Source: Octopus vulgaris (taxonomy: Eukaryota). From it: a stretch of DNA of 64,000 nt. Positions 13,201-27,779 of the stretch are shown here, piece after piece. The notes beneath the pieces are model-generated. The model had not been told where the DNA came from. It saw only the letters and a program-made list of their open reading frames with translations, and did not search any database. The stretch covers positions 58,404,001 to 58,468,000 of the forward strand of contig OX597832.1 in NCBI GenBank assembly GCA_951406725.2. Direction: 5' to 3'. The translations under genes were made by a program, and so were the position numbers. Position 1 is the stretch's first letter, and each line of letters opens with the position of its first letter.

Positions 13201-13491
13201 TTACCCCTTACCCCTTTATATATATATATATGTATGCGTGTTTGTTTGTCGGTCTGTTTGAGTTGTTTCTTCCTAATCCAGATCAATTCTTGGTTATTAA
13301 GTGTGTCACGTGGTCAACAGTATTCGACCGTATTCATTGGCACGTGCAAAATTTCGGATTAATCGCCAATATGGTTGAATAAGTTGGAAAACATCGATTG
13401 AAGGAAAACAAATTCACACACACAAACACACACATACACACATATTTAAATATACATATCTAAATATATATATATACATATATATATATAT

Positions 13492-13847
13492 CTTTACTCT
13501 TTACTCTTTTACTTGTTTCAGTCATTTGACTGCGGCCATGCTGGAGCACCACCTTTAATCAAGCAACTCGACCCCGGGACTTATTCTTTTGTAAGACCAG
13601 TACCTATTCTATCGGTCTCTTTTGCCGAACCGCTAAGTGACGGGGACATAATCACACTAGCATCGGTTGTCAAGCAATGCTAGGGGGACAAACACACACA
13701 CACGCATATATATATATACATATATACGACGGGCTTCTTTCAGTTTCCGTCTACCAAATCCACTCACAAGGCTTTGGTCGGCCCGAGGCTACAGTAGAAG
13801 ACACTTGCCCAAGGTGCCTCGCAGTGGGACTGAACACGGAACCATGT
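13492..13847 (-). mobile_element. SINE family C
   Basis: ttgggcaagtgtcttctactgtagcctcgggccgaccaaagccttgtgagtggatttggtagacgg on the minus strand with an (agtaaa)n-like tail. Related copies at 45055-45550 and 60985-61650. Confidence 0.85.
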
Positions 13848-14055
13848 AGATATAGATATAGATATATATACATAAATAAAGAGAAAGATAACTATTTTTA
13901 AATCTCTGAGCGAGAAATACGTAGTAACAGTACTGAAGAGTAAATTCTCTTTGCCAACACAATATGGCAGTCCTACACAGGACGATATTACTGCTTTTTA
14001 GCCACAGGAAAACACTTTTTCCAGCTGGCTACCGACACATGATCTGTGTCCATAT

Positions 14056-14150
14056 AAGTTAAGTTAAGTTAAGTTAATTTTTTGGCTCTAAAAGCAAAAA
14101 GCAAGGCCATGTAGGGGGACATGGAGTTATGTACAGGGTGGTGTTCATTG
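14056..14150 (-). mobile_element. Probable 3' end of a LINE with a (TTAAC)n tail, between two ~60 bp direct repeats
   Basis: (aagtt)n tract followed by unique sequence. The flanking unit caggaa.acac....ccagctggcta.cgacaca...tctgtgtcc occurs at ~14000-14051 and ~14194-14245. Confidence 0.45.
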
Positions 14151-14777
14151 AGCAAAGGAGTCTATTGCTCCCTTTCTAGGTTTCCTTGTTTCTAGCACCA
14201 GGAAGACACCTCCTCCAGCTGGCTAACGACACACTGTCTGTGTCCGAGCAGTATTTTTAAAGGGACATAATCGCTGATGACGAGTTACTACCCAGAAACC
14301 CAGGTTCGTGTGTATCACGAAAGACTGGAGATGGGAACGATGATATGTATATATGTATATATCTATTTTTGCGTGAACATATGTATGCATGAATTTCATC
14401 GCCAATACGGTTACATGACATCGATTGAACGGAACCAATATATATTTGTAGTATGAATAGTTTAACGGCGCATAATTATAAATACAAATGCATACGCTAA
14501 CACAAACACACACACACGCACACAGAGGGAAGCTCCAATACATATACACACATACATACACACAAGCACACGTATTACATGGAGCAATCACGAAATTGAG
14601 AAACGAGAAATTGAACTCAATGAGTGAATTTGATAAGTGACATGCAACCAATGGGAATTTTAGCTTAAAATAAAGCGTATAATCGACTTTCCAATCTGAG
14701 ATCTTTGCACCACTAGATTTTTAAGCTTTTGTGCATCACTTCCACCATTTCTCTCTCTCTCTTTCTCTCTCTCTTTG

Positions 14778-14854
<77 letters not shown>

Positions 14855-15499
14855 AGATATTTTGTTTTCTGTTATAGGAAAGGTAATCCTTGCCTGCACG
14901 TTATAATTTATTATTAATAATTACAAATAATAACTGACTGGAATTATTATAAATGCAATTTATAACTTGCTATTCGCACGATAACATGGATACGTCATCG
15001 ATTCTATTAGTGTATTACTGTACAAGCAAGAAATTGACAAATTTGCAATGGACTGTAACTGTATTAAAATTATCGTCTGCTTCCAGCGAAAAGATTAGGC
15101 GCCATGATTAGGCGTCTGTCGTCAGTCGTCAAATTTCTATAGCTCAACAACGAGGACGCCATATTTTTATTAACTTTAACAAGTCAGCGTTTCAGTTGGG
15201 AATATGCAATCAAGGAAATGTTGAAATTGGAAATGTCGTCTAATCACCGAAATCCAGGTGAAATACTAGAAAATTTTATATCAGCTAAAATATTAGCAAT
15301 GCTACACATAGCCACACACAGTCTATCTCCATCGGCAACATCGGCAATGAATTAAATATAACTAGGATAAGGTATAGGAGAATACTGGAACTGATTGTAA
15401 AATATGATGATTGTATATTGATAGAATATATAAATTTTCTAAACATTATCTATCTATCTATCTCTTCTCTCTCTCTCTGTATATATATATATATATATT

Positions 15500-15596
<97 letters not shown>

Positions 15597-15779
15597 GGAG
15601 TGAGGAACTCTGATGGTTTTTGAACTACTAGAAACAAAATATAGTTATTGTTATTTATAATAATAGCAATAGTGATAAATAATGGCAATACTAGTCATGG
15701 TAATACTATGTTAAAAGGAATGAAGGTATTTGTAATGGAAATTGGGAAATATTTCCGAAAGAATTCGAGATTTTTTCCA

Positions 15780-16725
15780 AAAAGGAAGATACTGAAACCG
15801 AGATAACCAGGAACAATCCGTATCGAAAATAGGCGCCATGGAAATGATTAAAAATGAAATATTCAAATCATACATAGCCAAAACTTCAAGATTAACAAAC
15901 ATAGGAAAGATAAACCGAATTATGACATCAGATTACTCAATGCATATTGCATAGGTTTAAGTCAATACTGTGGAAAGAATTAAAAATCAAAACAATCAAG
16001 GCGAACACTTTCTTACCCTGGGTGTACAAAGTTTCGCTCGGTAGTGATGGTGAGGCAAATAATTAAAGTAATAATAGTAAGCGACCACTCGACCAGACAT
16101 CGGAAACCGGACATTGTTGTAGTGAATAAAAAAAGAACAGAACAAACATGATAATCGGCATAGCTTGCGCCGGTGACAACAGGATCGATGTGAAAGAAGA
16201 AAAATAAACAACTAGGACAATTTGAAGTGGGAATACGAAGGTTGTGGTCAATAAAAAGAGTGGCATTCCGTCGGTTACGACAACGAGGGTGCCAGTCGAA
16301 CCCATCAACGGAACAGCCTGCTCGTGAAATTAACGTGCAAGTGGCTGAGCACTCCACAGACACGTGTACGCTTAACGTAGTTCTCAGGAAGATTCAGCGT
16401 TACACAGAGTGTGACAAGGCTGGCACACTTTGAAATGCAGATACAACAGAAACAGGAAGAAAGGGTGAGAGAATGTTGTAGTGAAAACCGCGAGTCCGCT
16501 GCCCTAACCAGTGGGCCATTGCGCCTCCACAATAAAGAAAGTAGACGTGATACCAATAGTAATTGTTGCACTTGGAAGTGTCAGCACTCAACTACCAACA
16601 CCTTCAAAAATCAGCATTGCTTGTAACTGCAAGAATTCTTCACAGGGTTCTTGAAGCATGACCAGTAAACAAGTGTCACCTTAGTCTGCTGGATACCCAG
16701 CAAAATAAGCTGTGAGTTTTTATAT
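15780..16725 (+). pseudogene. Degraded R4/Dong-like non-LTR 3' fragment (RLE region) interrupted by a SINE
   Basis: Residual peptides ...IACAGDNRIDVKEEK and ...IRRLWSIKRV, resuming after the SINE as DVIPIVIVALGSVS. Ends at aataat. Confidence 0.6.
16262..16530 (-). mobile_element. tRNA-headed SINE (family D head + family B tail) inserted in a LINE relic
   Basis: Head ggaggcgcaatggcccactggttagggcagcggactcgcgg is shared with 59100-59448. Tail is shared with 6500-6660 and 57220-57380. Confidence 0.8.
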
Positions 16726-16739
16726 AATAATGATGATAA

Positions 16740-16957
16740 TCCTTCCTACTATATGCACAGGTCCTGAAATGTTGGGGGAGGGGCATAGTCGATTACATCG
16801 ACAAAAGTGTTTCACTGGTACTTAATTTATCGAACCCGAGCGTATGAAAGGCAAAGTCGACCTTGGCGCTGTTTGATCTCAGAACGTAACGACGGACGAT
16901 AGGCTGCTAAGCATTTCGTCCGGCGTGTTAACGATTCTGCCAGCTCACCGCTTTAAT

Positions 16958-17001
<44 letters not shown>

Positions 17002-17003
17002 AT

Positions 17004-17046
<43 letters not shown>

Positions 17047-17232
17047 TCTACTAAAGGCACGAGACCTGAAACTTGAGGGAGAGGAGTAGTCGATTCCATC
17101 GGCCTCGGTGTTTCACTGATACTTTATCGGCCCCAAAAGAATGAAAGACACAGATGACCTCGGCGGAATTTGAACTCAGAATGTAGCGACATTTCGTCCA
17201 GCGTGCTAGCGATTTTGCCAGCTCGGCACCTT
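16740..17232 (-). mobile_element. Two SINE family A copies separated by (CTA)n/(TAA)n
   Basis: Family A motifs at 16740-16955 and 17045-17232. Confidence 0.8.
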
Positions 17233-17277
17233 AGCAACAGCAGCAACAACAACAAAAACAACAACAACAACAACAAC

Positions 17278-17317
<40 letters not shown>

Positions 17318-18169
17318 GTTTTCTTTGGAGGAAATGTCATTATTTCATTCTTTAACTTAAACTTAATTTTGTATGAAGCGTCAATGCTAGAATTATTTCC
17401 CAAAGAAAATTTCATTTATCGAAATCCAAAATAAATTAAAATAAAACAATAATAATGCAAAATATATTTATCGATAAAATTCTTTAAAAAAATAAATATA
17501 AATAAAAATTTAAGATATCAAACAAAAATAAATGAAAGTGAAGGACAAAAAAAGTAAAATTTGTCACTTTAGTAATTATTTTGAAAGGAAGTAAAAAAAT
17601 GTATTAAAAATGTACATAAAAACCTATAAATGAAATAAAATAATATAAAAGAAATCTAATGAATGAATATTTCGTCAAGGGGTTCTAATTTAAATATCCT
17701 GTCAAACAATATTTATTTTGATTATTGAGTTTTAAATAAAATCCAATAACAAAGCGACAATAGATACGAACGAATAACACAACAAACCCTCCCACAAGTC
17801 CAGTAATTCGGTCCTACTATTAGATTGCTTGGTGGACAACGGGGATGTGGGATGAAGTACTGTGGCAATTGTTAAAATTGGATTCGGTTCTTGTTATTGT
17901 TATTGTTGTTGTTGTTGATTTTTTTCTGTTTTTTTTTTTTTATGTATGTGTCTGAGCAGAATTTTTTTTTTATTATTAATTGTTGAATTTTAGAAAGTTT
18001 TAATCGATTTTATTGGTAGGGAATATTTGTTGGGAATTTTTGGTTATGGCCGCTTTCGCTTTACGCCTAACATCAATATCTCGTTATATCGTTTTATAAT
18101 ATTCCTGTCTACCCAGATAATACACACACACACACACACACACTCAGAAGCACATGTACGCACACCAGT

Positions 18170-18690
18170 AAGAAACTTGGGGAGCCTGAACAGTAGGTCT
18201 TAGACAGTAGACCCTATGTCATTGGAGCATTTTGTCCCTTAATTTCTTATAGTCTTAGGGAGCTAATTTTATAATATTCCAGTCTTCCTAGGTAATAGAT
18301 TCCCGCATACAAAGAAACACGCTGACACACATGCAAGCGTTTTGGTCCTTAATTTCTTATAATTTTAGGGAGCTAATTTTATCATATTCCAGTCTTCCTG
18401 GATAATAGATACCCGCATACAAAGACGCTGACACACAGAGGAATAAGTAGAAAGAAACTTAGGGAACAGCGGGTCTCAGACAGGAGACCCTTCCTTATGC
18501 AAGTGTTTTGACCCTTAATTTCTTATAGTCTTAGGGAGCTAATTGTATCATATTCCAGTCTTCCTGGATAATAGATATCCGCATACAAAGACGCTGTCTC
18601 ACACAGGAATAAGTAGAAAGAAACTTAGGGAACAGCGGGTCTTAGACAGGAGACCCTTCCTTACGCAAGTGTTTTGGCCCTTAATTTCTT
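18170..18690. repeat. Tandem repeat, ~167 bp unit, ~3 copies
   Basis: ccttaatttcttatagtcttagggagctaatt...tattccagtcttcctggataatagata.ccgcatacaaagacgctg recurs, with ccttaatttctta at about 18237, 18347, 18513 and 18679. Confidence 0.9.
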
Positions 18691-18979
18691 ACACACACAG
18701 GGAGCCGGGAGGCGTCCAGGCCATGACCCCTGAATAATTCTCTGTAGCCACATTCAATGCTGTTGTCTATATTGCACCATACTGGATCGTTAAGGTACGC
18801 AGAGACCAGTTCAGTTTAAGACACCAACTGACGGTGCCACTGTTTGTTTGCTTAGAGCGTAGGTATGTAGGATCGTACAATTTTCCCCGTCTCACTAGTT
18901 TGTATACCTACCTACCTACCTACCTACCTACCTACCTACCTACCTACATACATACATACATACATACATACATACATAC

Positions 18980-19530
18980 ATGATGGCTGCCCCCTCGTTA
19001 TCGAGTATGGCCATTGCACGAAGCTTAATCAAAGTTGTTATCGTGCAATGCCTGTGTAAGAAGATTTTTTTAAGTGAGGAAAGGCTGTGCACTGAGTCAA
19101 TCCCACTCACTAAGTAACAGCAGCCATAATCCGAAAAGAAGAACAAGTCAACATCATCGGTAACCACTGAGCCGCAGGTTTTATATCGGAGTTATCCCAG
19201 TTACCTGAGTTACCTTCTCCTAGAAGGATGCCCTAACAAAGGCTAGGAGTCCTTCACTCCCAATGGTTTAATCGCGCGATCAGGTATTCAGTCCGATTAT
19301 TTCTATGTCCCCGCGAATGATACAGCCTTAAGACATTTATTGGATGGCCGTTGACTCTCAAGATTTCCTGCGCCCTTTGAATGTTTTTGTTTTTCATCCT
19401 GCAGGGCGTCCAATATACACCCTCCTTACCAAGCAAGCTTGGTGGGGTTGCCGGTTTAGTCGCCGACCCGATCATGCAACAGGTTGTACTGGGTTACATG
19501 TGACTAGTAGCACTCGAAAGTGACCTGACA
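18980..19530 (-). mobile_element. Probable non-autonomous or deleted RTE-type non-LTR element between (CATA)n tracts
   Basis: GC-richer island bounded by microsatellites. The minus-strand gggtcggcgactaaaccggcaacccc resembles RTE 5' UTRs as recalled. No ORF. Confidence 0.35.
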
Positions 19531-20450
19531 TAATAAACATAGATAGATAGATAGATAGATAGATACATACATACATACATACATACATACATACATACAT
19601 ACATACATACATACATACATAACACTTGTTGAGGCAGAAACTCGTGCCCTTCTATATCCGACAATAAGACTTTTCTGTTCCTTGACGGTTTGTCAATTTT
19701 GGAAAATCTTTTATTTGTTGGGTTATCGCCCCTTCTCGTTCAGCGTTTGAGTCAATTCTAGGTCAATTATATTCGCATGTATTTTCACGATATCATTCCA
19801 CCTGCTCCTAATCCATATATGATGCTAGTTTTCTTAATTTCTCTAAAAATTTCTATACATTTACACATACACACATACACACCTGGAAATACGCGTGCGC
19901 ACACACAATCATATAAATATGCATATATATGTATATATATGTCTAACCATGTATGTATGTGTGTTTGAGAGAGAGAAAGAGAGAGAGAGAAAAAGTGAGT
20001 GAGAGAGAGAGAGAGAGAGGGAGAGAGAGAGAAAGAGAGAAAGATAGTGAGAAAGTAAATTTGATTACTTCTGCATATTTTCAGTGATTAAGTTTGGGTC
20101 ATAAATATTTATTTTGAAATTTAGTCGGATCTGTCGAAGATCTGTTCTCTCAGCAGTCAGGTCGAGATTGCCAGCCCACTCCCATACTTTTGGACAAATT
20201 CCTTTGCTAGTACCTTTACTGTTTTAGTTTCATATATTGAGCTACATATAAACACATTTCATTATTTCCTTCATTTTTTTTAGAGTTTCTACTTCACATT
20301 CACCGCTTTGAAATCTCAGTTGTTTATGTATGTATGTACGCATGTATGCATCCATGTATGTATATATATAGCTGTGTGCGTGTATGAATCTATCTAACCA
20401 CTTTACTTTTACTTGTTTCAGTCATTTGACTGTGGCCATGCTGAAGCAGC

Positions 20451-20570
20451 GCCTTTAGTCGAGCAAATCGATCCGGTTCTTGACTGAAGATTGAAGACTT
20501 CGAATGTCTCGTCCGTGTTTTTTGTATCGTCTCCTAAACGTTTTGCGTTCTTGTTCCAGTTTGTATTTTT

Positions 20571-20623
<53 letters not shown>

Positions 20624-20770
20624 CACCGCCTTTAGTCGAGCAAATCGATCAGTGGGTTTTGACTGAAGATTGAAGATATATCGAATATCTCGTCCGTGTT
20701 TTTTGTATCGCATTTTTTCTCCTAAACGTTTTCTGTTCTTGTTCTCTTGTGTATTTTTATACATATATAT
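20451..20770 (+). repeat. Tandem duplication (~130-140 bp) of a SINE-tail/pLTR-like junction
   Basis: gcctttagtcgagcaaatcgatc...tgactgaagattgaaga...ctcgtccgtgttttttgtatcg...ctcctaaacgtttt...ttgtatttttatacatata occurs at 20451-20580 and 20628-20770. Confidence 0.85.
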
Positions 20771-20840
20771 ATATATATTATATATATATTTACACGCCAT
20801 ATTCATATACGTATTGTTCGTGGGTTTTATGCCTTGGAAT

Positions 20841-20897
<57 letters not shown>

Positions 20898-21664
20898 CAT
20901 ATATACACATATGTATATGTATATATATAATTTATGTGTATATATCTGTACGTATATGTACGTATGACAGGCTTTCGCGGAATGTTCGTCTCTCGAAATT
21001 CACTCAATAGGCGTTGGCAAAGTCGCTCGTTTAAAAGTCAAAAGGCACCACCCTTTGAAATTGCTGCCGTACAGCGGTATTGAATCCGAAGCAAACTTCT
21101 TCAAACATACACCCAATGGTTAAGAATGGTTAGGTTTTGTACAATGACTCAATATAATGTTTAATGTGTTAATGTCAAAATTACGCCAAAAGTGGTTTTC
21201 TTTTTTGTTTTGCTTGTTTTTTTATTGTCTTCAATCAATGAGAAAGTAAAAATGTCGGAAACTTGATCGCTTTGGTGTGTGTTTGTTTGTGCTATAGCTT
21301 CGTTTATATCGCATGAACACTACGTGAATAGCCAAGGGAAGCCTGCGTGGCTGTGTATGAATAAATAATCTGTGATTTGGAAGTACATCAGAGGAAAAGT
21401 GAAGAAAAGGCGACAGAATAAAACAATGACTGGCATCATTTCACATGGTTTTCAAAACATGAACTCTAAAGATAGCTTTGTGTCGAGAAATACGTAAGAA
21501 AGAAAACTTTAAAACGGAAAGTTTTGACGGAATCTGAAAGCATCTTATAATTCTTGGACGACAGCCAGTCTGGCTTTGTTATTAGTCAAACTGACCCGTT
21601 TGACATTAGTAGAACTCTCTTCAGCGATTTAGCTTCAAACTCGAAAGTCTAATACACACAAACA

Positions 21665-21711
<47 letters not shown>

Positions 21712-22468
21712 AAACACGCACGCATCCGCATACACAAACAAATGTGTATATAAATATCAATACATATACGATATATATATGCATATATGTATGTATGTCT
21801 ATATATAGTGTGTATGTATATATAGTATATATGTATGTGTGTATGCATGTAATACATCTGCTCTCACCAAATGACCTAAGGGTCAGAAATCAAATAAGAA
21901 TACTTACTGACCAAACGAAATTTTGCTGGAGAAAAGCAAAAGAAATGTGAAAAAAAGAGAACAAAAAAAACTCGAAAACCACCCCCAGAAAAAAAACACG
22001 AAAAAAAACCCAAAAAAATTACAAAGTAGAAAAATAACAAAACACAAGCGTAAACACATGAAAAATCAGTTTGATGAATGAAAGGAAGGAGTTTAAGTGT
22101 GTGAACTCAGATAAGAAAGAAACAATTAGATTATTTTCATTCTGGGTAGTCAAACAATGGGGCATGATTGGCTGAACCAAATTAAGAATAGAAAACAGAT
22201 AGCGTTATCTTATGTATACAAGCATTAAGATTTTAGAATGTTCGATTACTTTTCCTACGATTGGTAAAATTATCTCCGATTGTCTGCGACAAGTGATTGG
22301 AGATTTAAAATTTGAAACGGGTATTTAAGACAATTGATGAGGAATGAAGGAAAACGTTCCACTTGAAGAACGTGGTGAATATATAGACGCGGAGTAAAAA
22401 TGAGCGAATCAGAAATAATTGCGTGAATACTACGAATAAAATTGATTTCATTTCTTAATCTACTTCTG

Positions 22469-22940
22469 TGTGGAGGTGCGTGGCTTAGTGGTTAGGGTGT
22501 CAGCGGCGAGCTGGCAGAAACGTTAGCACGCCGGGCGAAATGCGTAGCCGTATTTCGTCTGTCGTTACGCTGTGAGTTCAAATTCCGCCGAGGTCGACTT
22601 TGCCTTTCATCCTTTCGGGGTCGATAAATTAAGTACCAGTTACGCACTGGGGTCGATGGAATCGACTTAATACCTATGTCTGTCCTTGTTTGTCCCATCT
22701 ATGCTTAGCCCCTTGTGGGTAATAAAGAAATAGGTTAGGGTGTCAGCATCATGATCGTAAGATTGTGGTTTCGATTCCTGGACCGGGCGACGCATTGCTC
22801 TTGTCCACTCAGCTGGCAAAAATGAGTCACGCTGCGATGGACTGGCGTCCCGTCTAGCTGGGGAACACATACCCCATTGAAACCGGGAAACCGGGCCCAT
22901 GAGCCTGGCTAGGCTTTAAAAGGGCGCATTTATTTTTATT
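22469..22940 (+). mobile_element. Host tRNA-derived SINE (family B variant) split by SINE A
   Basis: Head tggcttagtggttagggtgtcagc, resuming as atcatgatcgtaagattgtggtttcgattcc. A related fragment lies at 26680-26835. Confidence 0.8.
22505..22732 (+). mobile_element. Young full-length SINE family A nested in a SINE B head
   Basis: ggcgagctggcagaaacgttagc...gagttcaaattcc...gcctttcatcctttcggggtcgataaattaagtacc. 15-bp TSD ggttagggtgtcagc at 22490-22504 and 22733-22747. Confidence 0.92.
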
Positions 22941-23135
22941 ATTATCTACGTCTGTAGCGTTGCTAAGGGAAATTTTAGAATCGTTAACATTAATCCGGGT
23001 ATTTCTAGCTTAAGGCAGTCAATGGAACATTTCGGAAGCAGATAAGGTTAGTAAACCGCACGTAAAGGGATGTAACTAAATACCAATATACTGCTCGGTA
23101 CTGCGTTTTCTCGCCTGTTATTTTTCTCAATACAA

Positions 23136-23191
<56 letters not shown>

Positions 23192-23495
23192 TCATGGTGG
23201 CCTCTCCACTCGAAAACTCTGTATGAGAATTCAGCTTGTTTTGATGAACGACCAGCAGAAATGATTTGTTTGTAGTGATCAGATGTATGAACTGTATATT
23301 AACTCACTCCTTCAATCAAATCGACATTGCGGCACACTCTGACCGAGCGTGCCACACGTCAGGTGTCAAGATGATCACAGAGCAAAGTGAATTGAAGTGC
23401 TTTGCTTCAGAACACACCGCGATCTGGCGATGGTGAGGGCAACACCGAAAACACTAGCCCACAGGCCTTCAGATGATGATGATGATGATACTATT

Positions 23496-23546
<51 letters not shown>

Positions 23547-23557
23547 AATAATAATAA

Positions 23558-23638
<81 letters not shown>

Positions 23639-23650
23639 TAATAATAATAA

Positions 23651-23955
23651 TTAGGAATGATGAAAAAAAGGTACTAAAACCTATTTGAAAATGATACCAG
23701 GCTTACCATCCCTACAGGAAGTGCAAAAAATCGTGTTAACTGGAACGACTCATGTACTGAGAAGAAGATTATCGCTGTAAAAACAATATCCATTCTTGAA
23801 TTTATTTATTTATTAATTTTTGTAAATACATAATTTAGATGTGAATTTGCGTGTGTAAACTGGGAGTGCATACAATGAGCTTCTCTGCCCTAGGTGTACG
23901 GAAAACACTCGGCGAGAAACGGAAGAAAATTTGAAGAAGGAAGGGAAAAAAACAA
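23651..23955 (+). mobile_element. R4/Dong-like non-LTR 3' end in (TAA)n
   Basis: Translates (with one frameshift) as LGMMKK/GTKTYLKMIPGLPSLQEVQKIVLTGTTHVLRRRLSL*, homologous to the C-terminus at 25250-25363. Flanked by (AAT)n. Confidence 0.75.
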
Positions 23956-23974
23956 TAATCATAATAATAAATTC

Positions 23975-24675
<701 letters not shown>

Positions 24676-24729
24676 ATAATAATAATAATAATAATAATAA
24701 AAGTAATAATAATGATAATAATAATGATA

Positions 24730-25556
24730 ATAGCCCAAGATCAATGCATACCTACAAGAAACTACCAGGCCAACATATCAAAGAACGGCAGTAGCCCAAG
24801 ATGTCGTGTATGTCAACAACAAAATGAAATCATTGATCATGTTGTCTCCATGTGCAGTCTTCCTGCACCTACAGATTATATCAACAGACATAATAGAGCA
24901 GCACAATATATTCACTGGGTAATTTTCAAAAACCTTAACCTAACCCATGATAAAAGCTGGTGGAACACAAATCACCTCCACTACTTAAAATGATCACGTC
25001 TCAGTCCTCTGGAACTTCACCATTGAAACTGTCAGAATGATAGATGCAAATCGGCCAGACATTATACTGAAAGACTTCAGATAAAAATCATGCCTTCTCA
25101 TTGATATGACTCTTTCAATCGGCATAAATGTATCTGTCAAGACCTACCAAAAACTGAGCAAGTATAAAGATCTTGAAATAGAAATTGGCAAAATGTGGAA
25201 CCTCAAGACTAGAGCATTACCTGTTGTCATACATGCAAATAAGCTAGGAATGATAGCAAAAGGGGCTGATTGCCAGATACCAGGAAACCTCAAAATGGCA
25301 GAAATTCTAAAGATAGTGCTCATGGGAACTGCCCATATCCTACGTAAAATACTGTCTGTGTGATCGTAAATTTTAAAACAAACTCATAATTTTCTTATGT
25401 TTTCTTAAACATTCTCTAGAACAATACTATTTGCAAAACCAAAAATATGACACCCTAGATATAACACTACCATGAACTTCAAAATTGTTGTCTCTTGGGG
25501 TATCTGGGTGAGTCTCGGAGTCAGCGAGTACAAATACAAAGCAAAAGTGTAACATA

Positions 25557-25558
<2 letters not shown>
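24730..25558 (+). pseudogene. 5'-truncated R4/Dong-like non-LTR retrotransposon: CCHC finger + restriction-like endonuclease + 3' UTR
   Basis: AQDQCIPTRNY...CRVCQQQNEIIDHVVSMC...RHN, then NRPDILL...LLIDM...KLSKYKDLEIEIGKMWNLK...LMGTAHILRKILSV*. Contains frameshifts and stops; embedded in (TAA)n. Confidence 0.88.
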
Positions 25559-25649
<91 letters not shown>

Positions 25650-25667
25650 TAATAATAATAATAATAC

Positions 25668-26180
25668 ATGCCTTGATGCAGCACCAGGCAGTGGCTCTCG
25701 AGTCTTCTCAATTTTATCTGATTGTCGTTGTATAAAAGATGGGCTACAGTAAATATTCTGCTCAATACCACAGATTTGCTTGTCAGTTGTTTGACCTTAA
25801 CCTGTTGAACATGTCCCTTAATGGCTGACGATATGTGCATCTCTGATCACGTGCAGAAGTGGTGGGAGAGCATCATAGCCATGTGTTTAGAGAAATTCTT
25901 TGGGGTTTGGACTGTTTACATCTGGAAACATGGATGTTTTGTTCAACATCCTTAAACAACCCTTATTCAGGTACTTTTGAGCAGGATGGGCTACTCGACC
26001 TGAAGAAAATTCTAACTGGGCTCCACCTGCAAGATCATGCGCTGTTTATCTTGATATGAGATCACCATGTCGCGCACATATGGTTGTTATGTAAGTGCCT
26101 GGTGTACCCTTATCAGACGGGTACACCAGGTACTGGGCTCCGTATGTTTTAACCCAGTTTCACTTTGATGGCTCGCAGTC
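25668..26180 (+). mobile_element. ~550 bp non-coding interspersed element, copy 2
   Basis: Same sequence family as 23975-24535. Confidence 0.85.
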
Positions 26181-26979
26181 AACAACAACAATAATAATAA
26201 TCATTTCTACTCAAGCACCAGGTCAGTGATGATTACATCAACCCCAGTTCTCAACTGGTACTTTTTTTATCGACCCAGAAAGGATGAAAGGCAAGGTAGA
26301 CGTCGATGGAAATTGAACTCAGAGTGACGGGTGAAATACCGCTAAGCACTTCATCCAGTGTTGTGATGAGTGTTACTAGGCCCCCTTGAAGAGATATACT
26401 GGTCCGATTAAAGGATATATATTGTGAAGATCCGAGTGAGTTCAAGAGTTCGGAAGGTGTCAGTTGGTTTAGTTCACAAGGAATATTGATGGTTGTTTCG
26501 TAAAGAGATTTTTTTTAGTTCGTTATATTGTTGTTACTGTTGTCTCGTTGTGTTATTTACTGTACGTAACAATTACGTTACAAAAGCTGGCGACGAGGTT
26601 TTCGAAGCTCACGTAGGGTATTTAACAATTTGTTCGTGATACAACTTGCTAAATGAGGGAAGAGTTATTAGGTTCCACAAAACACTTCATTCCACGTTGC
26701 TCCAGTTCACTCAGCTGGCAAAAATGAGTAATCCTGCGATGGACTGGCGTCCCGTCCAGGTGGGTAAATTTCTACGCCACTGAAACCGGGAAACCGTCCC
26801 TTATGAGCCAGGCATGGCTCGAGAAGGAACATTTTTATTAGCTTTCATGATGCAATTGCAAAAGTAACAGCAAGCATAGCAACAGGAGTTGCAGAAGCAT
26901 CTATTGCAGCAACAACTACAACAACAACAATTATTGGAGCTATATCCAAAGAAGCCTCAAAATGACGTAAGTTCCTTTT

Positions 26980-27693
26980 TTGATAGCCCCTGTTTCGAAC
27001 TCGATTAATGAATTCAGTTATAACCCAAAGGCGGATATAACTTTTGTATCGTATTACAGAGGTTATGAGGAAATTTTAAAGCAAGATTGCAAATCATGGT
27101 TGGGCAAACAAAAAGTGAGATTGTTATTACGAAAATTAGCTCCGTTAGAGCATGAACGTTATTGTAATTTTATATTACCCAAAAGATCCAATGAAATTTG
27201 TTTTAAAGAAACAATAGAATTACTGTCTAACATATTCGGTTATAAAACTACTCTATTTAAAACTCAGAAGGAGTGTTGGAATATAACGAAAAGAGAGAAT
27301 GATGATTTTATCACATACGTAGGAACAGTCAACAGGATGAGTGAAAGTTTTAAACTCAAACAACTTACTCCTGAGATGCTCAAGTGTCTTCTTTTAGTAC
27401 AAAGCCTTACAGCAGGCGAAGATAAAGAAATTCGGGTAAGAATTCTTTCTAAATTGGAACAAGCGAACCAAGATCGAACCTTACAGTCCGTGGCAGGAGA
27501 ATGCCAAAGGATGGTAAACCTGAAACACGATGTAGAAAAACTCCAAGAAATGTATTCCTCAAAAATACAGATATGCCGAACGAAAAATACAACCAAAAAA
27601 GAGCGCCACGTCCCAATTCATGTTATGGCAGTACGAGAAAACATTTCAGAAAATGTTGTCCATTTAAAAACGAAAAATGTTACAGTTGTATAG
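26980..27693 (+). pseudogene. Ty3/gypsy gag remnant (K02A2.6-like family)
   Basis: FSYNPKADITFVSYYRGYEEI...KVRLLLRKL...RYCNFILPK...LKCLLLVQSL...IRVRILSKLE. Frameshifted degenerate Zn knuckles (CYG...H...CPFKNEKCYSC) in the adjacent frame. Confidence 0.8.
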
Positions 27694-27779
27694 AATGGGT
27701 AACAATTTGGCAGAACAAAATTACGACGGTCAAACGTTAAAAATGCTAGAGTGCTCTGAGCAGAAACAAAAATCGACTG

